Virus record (IMG/VR): IMGVR_UViG_3300025018_000246
Coordinates: 1 to 42,932 of that record
Source of the DNA: a virus
Taxonomy: Duplodnaviria > Caudoviricetes
Reading direction: 5' to 3' (one strand)
DNA length: 42,932 bases
The notes beneath the pieces are model-generated. The model did no database searches, was not told the DNA's origin, and was given only the letters and a program-made list of their open reading frames with translations. This document shows positions 9,215 through 17,346 of the stretch, in pieces (the first letter of the stretch is position 1; each line of letters opens with the position of its first letter). A program made the position numbers and the translations under genes.

Positions 9215-11245
9215 TTATCCTTGTGGGGTAGTTGCAGGAACATTAGTTCCTTCTGTTTGTGGGGAGGGGTTGTTTTTAGACGGATCATAATTAAACTGCT
9301 GAGGTAAAGGTTGCGGGGGCATTCCTTTAACTTCTCCAGTCTCTTCATCTATTTCAGCGCCTTTTTCAATAGCAAACATTACTGCTTGTTGCCATGCTTG
9401 TACAGCTTGCTCATATGCTAACTGTTCTTGAGATTTCTCAAAAGGAGAAAGATCTGCTCCTTGAGTTTTCATAAGATAGGAGAACATTGGGCCTATATTA
9501 TAAGCACCTCCTATTTGTGGAGAACTGGCAATAGTCTGCAAACTCATACCAAAAGCTTCTCCGTTTATAATCTTACTAGATGGTATAATACCATCAGAAA
9601 CTTTAAACTCAAGAACGGCTTTTCTAAGTTTCAGAGGATCTATTTCAATAACTTTTCGTTTTTCTCTGTTATATATTTCAGTCCCTCCTTCATACTGAAG
9701 TACATTTAATTTGAGTATAAACTTCATAGCAGTAAAAACTTGATGCTCAAGAAGTATAGAAGCTAACTGATCCCTGCCGTTAGCATTCTGCATAGTTTCT
9801 TCAAATTCAGATAAAGTTTTATTACCTTTCTGAAATTGACCCTGAGATACTCTATTCTGTCCTGCAAGAGAATTAGCTAGCCCAAGTAAAGTTTGAATTT
9901 GCTGCATTGAATTACTTGCTTGATCCTCTCTATAAGGAAAAGAATATACAGCATCTTGTATACTTTTATTATAAGCTCCAGGCCTTACTGGAATTTTAGC
10001 ACTTGGGTTAGTAGAATTAATATGATGAGAAGCTATTCTTGCTGGATCATAAAAGGTTCTATCACTTATAGCCCGTCGTCTTGATTCTAAGATAGAAACC
10101 ATATATGCAGTAGTAACTTCTTGAAAAGGAGTAGCATTCTCAGCTAGTGATTTTGTCTGATAATCTAACCCATCTTCAAGCGGCTGACCAATTAAAACTG
10201 GCAAAAAGTTATGAGCATTAGTTTGCTTCTCAGCATATATAACATACTCATGGTTAACAATAAGAAGTTTATAGATCTGCGGAGTACTAGACTTCGGTAC
10301 AACTAAACCAAATTCACTAGGAAGTATTTTGCAATACAGAGTAGTTACTTCATAGGAATCTTTATATGAAATATTTTTATTCCTAAGCTCTGACAGTCCT
10401 GCCCAGGAAAGCCAATCAGTTCCAGATTTAAATCTTTCTGATATTTCTTCTTTATCATTAACCTGGGGAGAGTAAAAAGAATAGCTACTTTCGGTATCTG
10501 GAATTGCATTAGAGTTAGAATTAAAAGCTGGAACTATATTTCGTATAATTCTATCTGGCAATGAAGCTATAAGCTCTTTTAACTCTATTCTGGACATAAA
10601 CTCAGTATGACTGGCCCACTCTCCGCGAGAATAAACTTCAGATGGAGAAACTCTTGGATCTACAGATGTATTATATGGATTCCAGCGTTTTACTTTATTC
10701 CCAGACCAAAGTAATTCAGTAGGTATACCTTGCGAAGTATTAACTGTTAGGTCAGTTTCAACTGCGGAAGTCACTTGATCTGTCCAAGTAACTTCTAGTG
10801 GAGCAAAGTTATATTTGAATCCATCACGGAAAAATAGAATTAGCTGTCGTGCCCACCCTCCTTTAATAGAATCATCTTCTATCTTTGATTCTAACATCAT
10901 AGCCTCATCCATATATTCTGGACTAGATACTACTCCAAAGATAGGATAACCAGTAAGAAATACAGAAGTTTGATAAGTAACAGCAGCTTCTACTTGGGGC
11001 ATTACAACAGGTACAGTTATATCTTGATACCTTGAGGCATCTCCTCGTTTATTAGCAGCTTTAGCATCTTCATTTTCTTGAAGCTTATTCTTTTCCCTTT
11101 GATACTGTTTATCCATCTCAAGAAAATACTCTCTACGAGAGCTAAGTAAAGTAGCATAAGCATCTTGGTTAGTTTTATAGTAAGCTATAAACGCTTTTTC
11201 AGAATCTTCACTTATTTGTATTGGACTAGCTGGAGAAGTTGCCAT
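9215..11245 (-). CDS. Portal protein
   Basis: 676 aa; motifs VPVVMPQVEAAV, DGFKYN and SQGQFQKGNKTLSE; Q/P-rich C-terminus; downstream of terminase. Confidence 0.85.
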   Translation of the reverse strand: MATSPASPIQISEDSEKAFIAYYKTNQDAYATLLSSRREYFLEMDKQYQREKNKLQENEDAKAANKRGDASRYQDITVPVVMPQVEAAVTYQTSVFLTGYPIFGVVSSPEYMDEAMMLESKIEDDSIKGGWARQLILFFRDGFKYNFAPLEVTWTDQVTSAVETDLTVNTSQGIPTELLWSGNKVKRWNPYNTSVDPRVSPSEVYSRGEWASHTEFMSRIELKELIASLPDRIIRNIVPAFNSNSNAIPDTESSYSFYSPQVNDKEEISERFKSGTDWLSWAGLSELRNKNISYKDSYEVTTLYCKILPSEFGLVVPKSSTPQIYKLLIVNHEYVIYAEKQTNAHNFLPVLIGQPLEDGLDYQTKSLAENATPFQEVTTAYMVSILESRRRAISDRTFYDPARIASHHINSTNPSAKIPVRPGAYNKSIQDAVYSFPYREDQASNSMQQIQTLLGLANSLAGQNRVSQGQFQKGNKTLSEFEETMQNANGRDQLASILLEHQVFTAMKFILKLNVLQYEGGTEIYNREKRKVIEIDPLKLRKAVLEFKVSDGIIPSSKIINGEAFGMSLQTIASSPQIGGAYNIGPMFSYLMKTQGADLSPFEKSQEQLAYEQAVQAWQQAVMFAIEKGAEIDEETGEVKGMPPQPLPQQFNYDPSKNNPSPQTEGTNVPATTPQG

Positions 11246-11598
11246 TACTTCGGCCTCTTTGGTTGATACTCTATGTGGATATGATTAGTTTCAGAAATTA
11301 CTTCGATCCAATCTTTTGGGATATTTATCTTTTTACAATAACTCTCTGCTGCAATTAGTAGTACTCCAGCTATAGATTTAATTCCAGGAAGTCCTCTGGA
11401 GTTAACTCTTATATCAGCAGCTTGTGCTGGAGTAGCATAATGTAAAGAAGTATACCCATGATCTTTAATTGGCTCAGATCCAGAAGTTATTATAACCTCT
11501 TGATCCCAGTTTTCTCTATACACTTCATCTACTAAGAAAAGGAAACCAGTAAGAACTGGATGAAAACTACACTGAACAGATTTGTCCTTAGTTCTCAC
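11245..11598 (-). CDS. Endolysin, peptidase M15 (zinc peptidase) family
   Basis: Motifs IITSG, SLHY...AADIR and HIHIEY. Probable GTG start at 11598 after the upstream peptide gene (track start is 11634). Confidence 0.8.
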   Translation of the reverse strand: MRTKDKSVQCSFHPVLTGFLFLVDEVYRENWDQEVIITSGSEPIKDHGYTSLHYATPAQAADIRVNSRGLPGIKSIAGVLLIAAESYCKKINIPKDWIEVISETNHIHIEYQPKRPK

Positions 11599-11605
11599 TG
11601 TGCGA

Positions 11606-11782
11606 TTACTCTTTATTCTTAGCTTTAAATACATTAAAAGCTACAGTATCTATAACTTTCTTCAGTATTCGTAAAGCTGGATTTTTAGGGGCTGGTATGA
11701 CAGAAGCTGTAACTGCGAAAGCTCCAATTATAGAAAGGATAGCTTCAACAATAGCTTGAATTTGTTCAGGTGTAAGATCCAT
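11606..11782 (-). CDS. Small holin-like membrane protein (58 aa, not in ORF track)
   Basis: MDLTPEQIQAIVEAILSIIGAFAVTASVIPAPKNPALRILKKVIDTVAFNVFKAKNKE; AGGA RBS; TM segment plus basic tail; adjacent to the endolysin. Confidence 0.7.
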   Translation of the reverse strand: MDLTPEQIQAIVEAILSIIGAFAVTASVIPAPKNPALRILKKVIDTVAFNVFKAKNKE

Positions 11783-11798
11783 AATGTTTTTCCTACAA

Positions 11799-13358
11799 TT
11801 AAAAGTTAGTGCTACATTCGGGTATTTCTATTTCACTATAATCCTGATTCTGTATAATATTACCAGCTACAACAAGATCAGGATATTCATTAAGTACTCG
11901 CGGTGCATAAGTAAGTAAATCTAAAAGTCCATCTGTATTATCTCTTTTCAGTGGATTGAATTGAGTTATTTGTAAATGAACTTGTAACTTACACTCATCG
12001 TGTACAAACATCTCTCCAGCTCTATAGCTTTTAAACATCTCAAGTATTCTATTGTTTTTAGATGTTACTCCAGAGTACAAAGGAACTACATGAATACCAG
12101 AAATCTGTAATTGAGTGCAGATAAAATTAAACCAATAGAGTAGAGAGTACTGATAAGCATTAGCTTCTATTCCTATTAAAACTGATCCTTTAGTAAGAGC
12201 ATAGTTTAAAGCTACTCTAATTGTCTCTCCTGGAGATAATCTATCCTCTGTTAATGCCATAAGTATTGGCTTAGTATCATGAACTTCAAAATATCCAATA
12301 GATACAGCATCAGAATCTTTTTTATCATTTGATGGATCTATTATTATAAAACTGCCAGCTGATATATCGCCTTCTTCATAAGGTATCGGCGGAAGTTTAG
12401 CTAAATCGATTAAATTATTAGCTTGGATATTTTCATCATTAAGTACTTCTGAAAAGAAAATATCTCCTTTACCCATAGCTAAGTCGTTTTCTAACTCAGT
12501 CATTAACTGTTCTATGGGCTGCAAATCTTCCCAAAGAGAAGTACCATCTGCTAATATTCCACCAGCTATAAACTTAGTCCATGTAGGATTATTTTTTAGT
12601 TTCCTAAGTATAGAATATTTAGTAGGATACATATTAGCTACAAATAAGAACATACATCCATGAGGAGACTTAGCCTTCATTGCAGTTCCTACCATCCAAT
12701 TCTCTAGTGAAGTAGACTGGACTTCTGAATCTGCACACTCCCTAGATTGTATATCTTCAAAGATCATTACATCTGGGCGCTCATTTTTAATGTTGAGTCC
12801 TCGCAATGATGATTCTGCTCCTATTGCTGCTAAAGATATATTCCTTCCTCTAAATCCAAACTTCTTAAGAGATTGAGTATCTTTCTCCACACCTAACTTC
12901 CAATCACCAAAAAGGCTTTTAATGTTAGGCTCTTCTAACATATCTATTATATCTGATAATATATTCTCAGCTAGCTTTGCAGTAGCAGATATAATAAGTA
13001 TGAATTTTTTATCAGTAAAGAGTATGCAGTAAACTACAAATATTTTAACTAGCGTAGTTTTACCAAAACCTCTAGGTAATCCAAGAGCTAACTGAGGAAA
13101 TACTCTCACCTTATGAACAAAACTTAATAACCAATCCCAAACTGATTTAAATACTGGTGGAAAGCAGTAAATAAAAATAGTTGGCATTATGATACTAGCT
13201 AAGAAGTCTAAACTTCTTTTAGCTAAGCTTTGAGCTTCTTGAGAAGATACTCCTACCTGCTCTACCTCTAGCTCAGATCTTTCTTTTTTCTTTTCTGGCT
13301 GTTTAGGAAGAATTGAATCTGGTAACTTTCCACCTAAAGATTCTAGTAAAGTTTCCAT
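11799..13358 (-). CDS. terL: Terminase large subunit
   Basis: Walker A PRGFGKTT, Walker B VMIFED, and RNase H-like IIDPS...D and DGLLD. Confidence 0.95.
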   Translation of the reverse strand: METLLESLGGKLPDSILPKQPEKKKERSELEVEQVGVSSQEAQSLAKRSLDFLASIIMPTIFIYCFPPVFKSVWDWLLSFVHKVRVFPQLALGLPRGFGKTTLVKIFVVYCILFTDKKFILIISATAKLAENILSDIIDMLEEPNIKSLFGDWKLGVEKDTQSLKKFGFRGRNISLAAIGAESSLRGLNIKNERPDVMIFEDIQSRECADSEVQSTSLENWMVGTAMKAKSPHGCMFLFVANMYPTKYSILRKLKNNPTWTKFIAGGILADGTSLWEDLQPIEQLMTELENDLAMGKGDIFFSEVLNDENIQANNLIDLAKLPPIPYEEGDISAGSFIIIDPSNDKKDSDAVSIGYFEVHDTKPILMALTEDRLSPGETIRVALNYALTKGSVLIGIEANAYQYSLLYWFNFICTQLQISGIHVVPLYSGVTSKNNRILEMFKSYRAGEMFVHDECKLQVHLQITQFNPLKRDNTDGLLDLLTYAPRVLNEYPDLVVAGNIIQNQDYSEIEIPECSTNF

Positions 13359-13359
13359 T

Positions 13360-13551
13360 TTAATCAACTTCTACTATTTGTATGATTGTAGTTATAGAAG
13401 ATACAGTAGGACGCTCTTTATAGTCAAGAATTTTATTCAAAACTTTTTGAGCTTTATCAGCATCTCGTTTCCTATGAATAGTGTCTTCTAAAACTATAGT
13501 TGGTTTAATACCTCGTTTTCTTGCTGTAAACTCTTTGATTGTTTTTGGCAT
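13360..13551 (-). CDS. Hypothetical protein
   Basis: 63-aa basic ORF between the terminase genes. Confidence 0.5.
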   Translation of the reverse strand: MPKTIKEFTARKRGIKPTIVLEDTIHRKRDADKAQKVLNKILDYKERPTVSSITTIIQIVEVD

Positions 13552-14246
13552 GGCTGCTTATCTTCCTGGGGGAGATGTTCTATTGCTCTTTCTTTTCTTC
13601 TTTCAACTTGTTCTAACAATGTGTTTGATTGCATAGTTTGTAAGTCTTGGTCTCCAGCTCTGATAACTTGATTCTCTATATTAGTAGAGAACTGAGTAAT
13701 AATATGAGCAGGCAAAATTAGGTTTACTATATTGTTCTGATTAGTTACTTGATCCGGAGAAGATTGACCTCTGCGCTTAGCTCCATTAATAGTGCTAATA
13801 GCTTTTAATATAGTATCTGGCTTAAACATCAAAGGCATAGCATTTTTTAACTTAGCAAGCAACAGATCTTCTAATTCATCATAACTATTATCTCTAATGT
13901 TATGTTTCTGTAAATGTTCATATCTTCGTTTTGCTACTTTATCACTAAAGTCTTCATTAGATAATAATTGAGAAATATAGCTAGGAGTTACTCCCAAAGC
14001 TAAAGCTACGTTTTCTGAATTAATGCCGCTGCCTAATAAATCTAATGCCCTCTCTTCAGTACTCGATGTTTTGCCCGGCGAATAATGATTAGATTTATCT
14101 TCTACTCCTTTAGTAATCGGAGAAGTTATATTTCCACCTAAATCTTCCACAGAGATATTAGCTATTCTCTCGGGAGCAGCTCTAGTTACTTCTTTCTTTA
14201 GTGACTTTAACAGCTCTGCTGTTCTTTCAGGTGATAAGCTATTCAT
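13494..14246 (-). CDS. Putative terminase small subunit (HTH)
   Basis: HTH-like INSENVALALGVTPSYISQLL; upstream of terL. Start is uncertain (14246-14294). Confidence 0.6.
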   Translation of the reverse strand: MNSLSPERTAELLKSLKKEVTRAAPERIANISVEDLGGNITSPITKGVEDKSNHYSPGKTSSTEERALDLLGSGINSENVALALGVTPSYISQLLSNEDFSDKVAKRRYEHLQKHNIRDNSYDELEDLLLAKLKNAMPLMFKPDTILKAISTINGAKRRGQSSPDQVTNQNNIVNLILPAHIITQFSTNIENQVIRAGDQDLQTMQSNTLLEQVERRKERAIEHLPQEDKQPCQKQSKSLQQENEVLNQL

Positions 14247-14453
14247 ACTTAGTATCATACTATTGCTATATAATAAATGGAATCGGGTAATCAAATATCT
14301 TATGCAAATATTAAGTTGTGAATATGAATAGAATCTAAGATCAATGTTTCTAAAAAAGTTTAGTAAAATTTAAAGCTCTCTTTAGGATAGCAGCTCGATC
14401 ACAACCAAAAAAGGCTCCTGCCCCCCTATCAACTACTAGCTACTAGTCATTAG

Positions 14454-14488
14454 TTTGAATGAGAATGATTAGCATTATTATTATCATT
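14454..14488. promoter_or_regulatory. Fur-box-like hexamer array 1
   Basis: AATGAGAATGATTAGCATT (14458-14476), extended by ATTATTATCATT. One mismatch to the AATGANAATNATTNTCATT Fur consensus. Confidence 0.65.
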
Positions 14489-14535
14489 AGTGTTAGCACT
14501 AGCACTAACATTAATACCTTGCCTAGCATAGTAAG

Positions 14536-14570
14536 AATGATAATGATAATGAGAATGATACTCATTCAAC
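14536..14570. promoter_or_regulatory. Fur-box-like hexamer array 2 (inverted copy of array 1)
   Basis: AATGAT AATGAT AATGAG AATGAT ACTCATT: a GATAAT hexamer array. Confidence 0.65.
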
Positions 14571-14585
14571 GCTGGCGCAGTGCCT

Positions 14586-14658
14586 ATAGTTTTTAACTAT
14601 TAAATATAAGCATTCAATAGATTTAAACTATGGTGCCCCTTTGATAGTCATAAACTAT
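14586..14658. promoter_or_regulatory. Three ATAG-N7-CTAT palindromes (OxyR/LysR-type boxes)
   Basis: Boxes at 14586-14600, 14617-14631 and 14644-14658. Confidence 0.5.
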
Positions 14659-14682
14659 TAAATAACTCATCCCTGGTTATGC

Positions 14683-14734
14683 ACACTATCGGTAACACTA
14701 TCGGTAACATAGTAACAAAAAAGTAACACCTTAC
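14683..14734. repeat. GTAACA repeat cluster (candidate UAS or LacI/GntR-like operators)
   Basis: Tandem ACACTATCGGTA x2; GTAACA at 14692, 14704, 14712 and 14723. Confidence 0.6.
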
Positions 14735-14750
14735 ATTTTATAGGGTTATT

Positions 14751-14763
14751 TAAGTGCTTGATT
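14751..14763 (-). promoter_or_regulatory. IHF binding site
   Basis: Reverse complement AATCAAGCACTTA matches WATCAANNNNTTR exactly; about 25 bp upstream of the sigma54 -24 box. Confidence 0.6.
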
Positions 14764-14787
14764 TTAGCTAGGTTAATAGTTCCGAGT

Positions 14788-14804
14788 TTGGCACGGACAT
14801 TGCA
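14788..14804 (+). promoter_or_regulatory. Sigma54 (RpoN) -24/-12 promoter
   Basis: TTGGCACGGACATTGCA is an exact match to YTGGCACGRNNNTTGCW; 80 bp upstream of the first early gene. Confidence 0.75.
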
Positions 14805-14883
14805 TATATATATGGTAAGGGAATTATCCCTGGTTAACTATTTAGTTATAGTTAATTCAATTAACTTACTTGGAGTAAGACTA

Positions 14884-15552
14884 ATGGAAACTACACCCAA
14901 TTTTGGCGCTTTTGAGCAACTGACACCTACAACTGTACTACCTGAAATTAAAGGGGTACGTATCATTGAATGCCCTACTAAGGGTAAAACAGTAGACGGT
15001 AAGTATGTACCACCTAAGATAGCCAGTAGCTATACATTGATACCAGACTTTATAACCGAAGAAGCTATCAATGAGCGTATGGATGATCTAACTCCCCACT
15101 TCATTGAATACCTTTATTCAGTTGTCCGTGCTGACATACAAGCACAGCACAAGGCGGCAGCTACCAAGATATACACTGAATACCTTGATATGGATAAGGT
15201 AATCGAACTGTTAGAAGCTACTAACACTAGTTCTAGGTTGTCTGGGGAGCAAATTACTGCTTACTTTACTGAGTACTTGGCTGACACTTATCAGGCAATG
15301 TTACTCACTAATGCCGGTGTAGATCATCCTACAGAAGAACAGCTTGCCAAGTTAGAATTGCTTACTAACAAAGCTAGTAAGATGTTTAGTTCTCTGGCGG
15401 GCCCTAACACTATATTGGTGGATGCTGATAAAGAAGCAGCTAAAACTTTGTTAGAGCTAGCAGATGCTAAAGACCACCTGATCGGGCGTAAATTGTTAGC
15501 TAGACTTGAAGCTATGGATAAGAAGAAAGAATCCGTACTCGGGTCTTTGTAA
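14884..15552 (+). CDS. Hypothetical protein, first early gene (222 aa)
   Basis: GGAG RBS before ATG 14884; highly expressed codon bias; has its own terminator. Confidence 0.8.
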   Translation: METTPNFGAFEQLTPTTVLPEIKGVRIIECPTKGKTVDGKYVPPKIASSYTLIPDFITEEAINERMDDLTPHFIEYLYSVVRADIQAQHKAAATKIYTEYLDMDKVIELLEATNTSSRLSGEQITAYFTEYLADTYQAMLLTNAGVDHPTEEQLAKLELLTNKASKMFSSLAGPNTILVDADKEAAKTLLELADAKDHLIGRKLLARLEAMDKKKESVLGSL

Positions 15553-15593
15553 TACCGCTAACTGACTAGTTCAGTCTAAACTGCCTATACTAT

Positions 15594-15614
15594 GCCCCTT
15601 AATTGGGGCTTTGT
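15594..15614 (+). terminator. Intrinsic terminator
   Basis: GCCCC-ttaatt-GGGGC followed by TTTGT. Confidence 0.6.
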
Positions 15615-15734
15615 GCTGTCTAGGATTTAAGATATTCAGGTTAATTATCATGTATCTTTTGCACCATTCTTTAGTTAACCAGGGTTATTTGAATGCTAAG
15701 TTTCAAGTGATAATAACTAATCTAATATCTAACT

Positions 15735-16092
15735 CTGACATCTTATGCCAGTCTCTGACAGTTTGTGCCAGAATGCCAGAATGCCAGAGCTTTTTTGGGG
15801 TATCTATCTGTGACTGTATTTCTCATGCTATGTAATCTAAGCTATCTAATATACTCTTTATATCTTTATAGGTGTATAGGTATCTTTTATTATCTTTTAA
15901 ATTTAACACACCCCCAAAATACAGTAAGATATACACATAAGGATATAGATATAGATATATAAGTTAGTTACTATCTTAGTGTTACTATAGTAGTTAGATT
16001 ACATAGCTACAGGTTGACATAGTAACAGTAACATAGTGGTTGACATATCAATGGCATTATGGCACTATGGCACACTATGGCACGGGCTGGCA
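15735..16092. other. Putative replication origin: inverted TGGCA iterons flanking an AT-rich core
   Basis: TGCCAG x4 (15746, 15766, 15774, 15782) and TGGCA x5 (16052-16092); 14-bp perfect inverted repeat 15827-15840 / 15994-16007. Confidence 0.5.
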
Positions 16093-16143
16093 CAGTTCGC
16101 TAGCTTAGATTTTAATTAGATTTAACCCACTGGAGATAATACT

Positions 16144-16557
16144 ATGAGCTATACTAGAATGAAATCTGTGGTTATAAATAACCATGCTGTGCAAGTATAT
16201 AAACTAACTATTTTCGATAATATATCTATAAATGAAGAAGAAGATGAAAAGCTTGCTTTAAATTTCTCTGAGGCTATAGAAATAGAGGTTATCCAAGAGA
16301 TTAATATCTATGATGCCGCTAGAAGAATACTGGGGTTTACTAGCTATAAGCATTCGGCAGAGAAAATCTTTGAGGCACTTGATGAATATTCAAAAGAGTT
16401 CTCTATAGATTATCTTTCATTATCATCCGCTTTACCGAAAATGGTTATACTTAATAATAAAAAAAATAAGATGCTCGTACTAGAATGTTTAGTTGAAGAA
16501 GTTGACAATGAGAATCATAGTATCAAAGTTGTCGATAGTGCTAAAGTACTTCATTAA
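16144..16557 (+). CDS. Hypothetical protein
   Basis: GGAG RBS; 137 aa. Confidence 0.75.
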   Translation: MSYTRMKSVVINNHAVQVYKLTIFDNISINEEEDEKLALNFSEAIEIEVIQEINIYDAARRILGFTSYKHSAEKIFEALDEYSKEFSIDYLSLSSALPKMVILNNKKNKMLVLECLVEEVDNENHSIKVVDSAKVLH

Positions 16558-16578
16558 GCTAATAATAGGATATAACTT

Positions 16579-17085
16579 ATGAACCTTAAAGAAGCAGAGC
16601 AATTAGCTCTCACTATGATAGAGACCCACTTAACAAACCAGGGTATTACTGGTTGGACTTTTAAATGGCATAATAGTATAAAGATCTTAGGCACTTGCTC
16701 TTATAAATATAAGCGTATTATGTTATCTAAAAGATGGTCTTTAACTAACTCTAAAGAAGAAGTATTAGATACTATCTTACATGAAATAGCTCATGCTATG
16801 ACGCCAGAGGATGAAGGTCACGGTGAACTATGGAAAGCAGCTTGTAGAAAAATAGGAGCTAAAGATGCTAGGTTATATTCTGGCAAAGTTAAAGCTACTG
16901 ATGTAGCTGTACCTACCCATGTTATATATCACATAGAGACTGGTAAGATATATAAAACATATTTCCGTAAACCTTCTAAAAGATTATATAGTTCTATACA
17001 TAGAAGGTTTATAAAAAGTGATAGAGCTGGTACAGAAGGTAAGCTAGCTATTAGAGAGATTGGTATATCCGATCTTAAATTATAA
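16579..17085 (+). CDS. SprT-like zinc metalloprotease
   Basis: Motifs LGTC, DTILHEIAH and GHGELWK. Confidence 0.85.
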   Translation: MNLKEAEQLALTMIETHLTNQGITGWTFKWHNSIKILGTCSYKYKRIMLSKRWSLTNSKEEVLDTILHEIAHAMTPEDEGHGELWKAACRKIGAKDARLYSGKVKATDVAVPTHVIYHIETGKIYKTYFRKPSKRLYSSIHRRFIKSDRAGTEGKLAIREIGISDLKL

Positions 17086-17110
17086 TCATAGTCCTATAGG
17101 AGAAGTTATT

Positions 17111-17344
17111 ATGGCAGCACTAGTAGTCACACTTAAATCTAATAATAATAACATCATAGGGGCAGGAAGGATAGTTAAGTTATACCCTGCTATCGACCCT
17201 AGAAATATCAATGATGTTATTAAAGAATCTGAGGCATTTATAGCTAAAATGTCCAGAGTATTTAATGGCACTTATACTATAGCCAAGGTTAATAGTATAG
17301 GAATAACCAAACCAGTTAAAACAATCCAAAAGAGAGGTAAATAG
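17111..17344 (+). CDS. Hypothetical protein
   Basis: AGGAG RBS before ATG 17111. Confidence 0.7.
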   Translation: MAALVVTLKSNNNNIIGAGRIVKLYPAIDPRNINDVIKESEAFIAKMSRVFNGTYTIAKVNSIGITKPVKTIQKRGK

Positions 17345-17346
17345 CA

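Noticed and set aside
14430-14510. TrpR operator (ACTAGCTACTAGT) and CIRCE (TTAGCACT)
   Set aside because: Spacing is one base short for TrpR, and CIRCE lacks its second arm.
15611-15962. Short ORFs in the putative origin region
   Set aside because: No RBS, non-ATG or repeat-derived starts, and low-complexity translations.
16052-16104. Additional sigma54 promoters among the TGGCAC repeats
   Set aside because: None has the required GG-N10-GC spacing.
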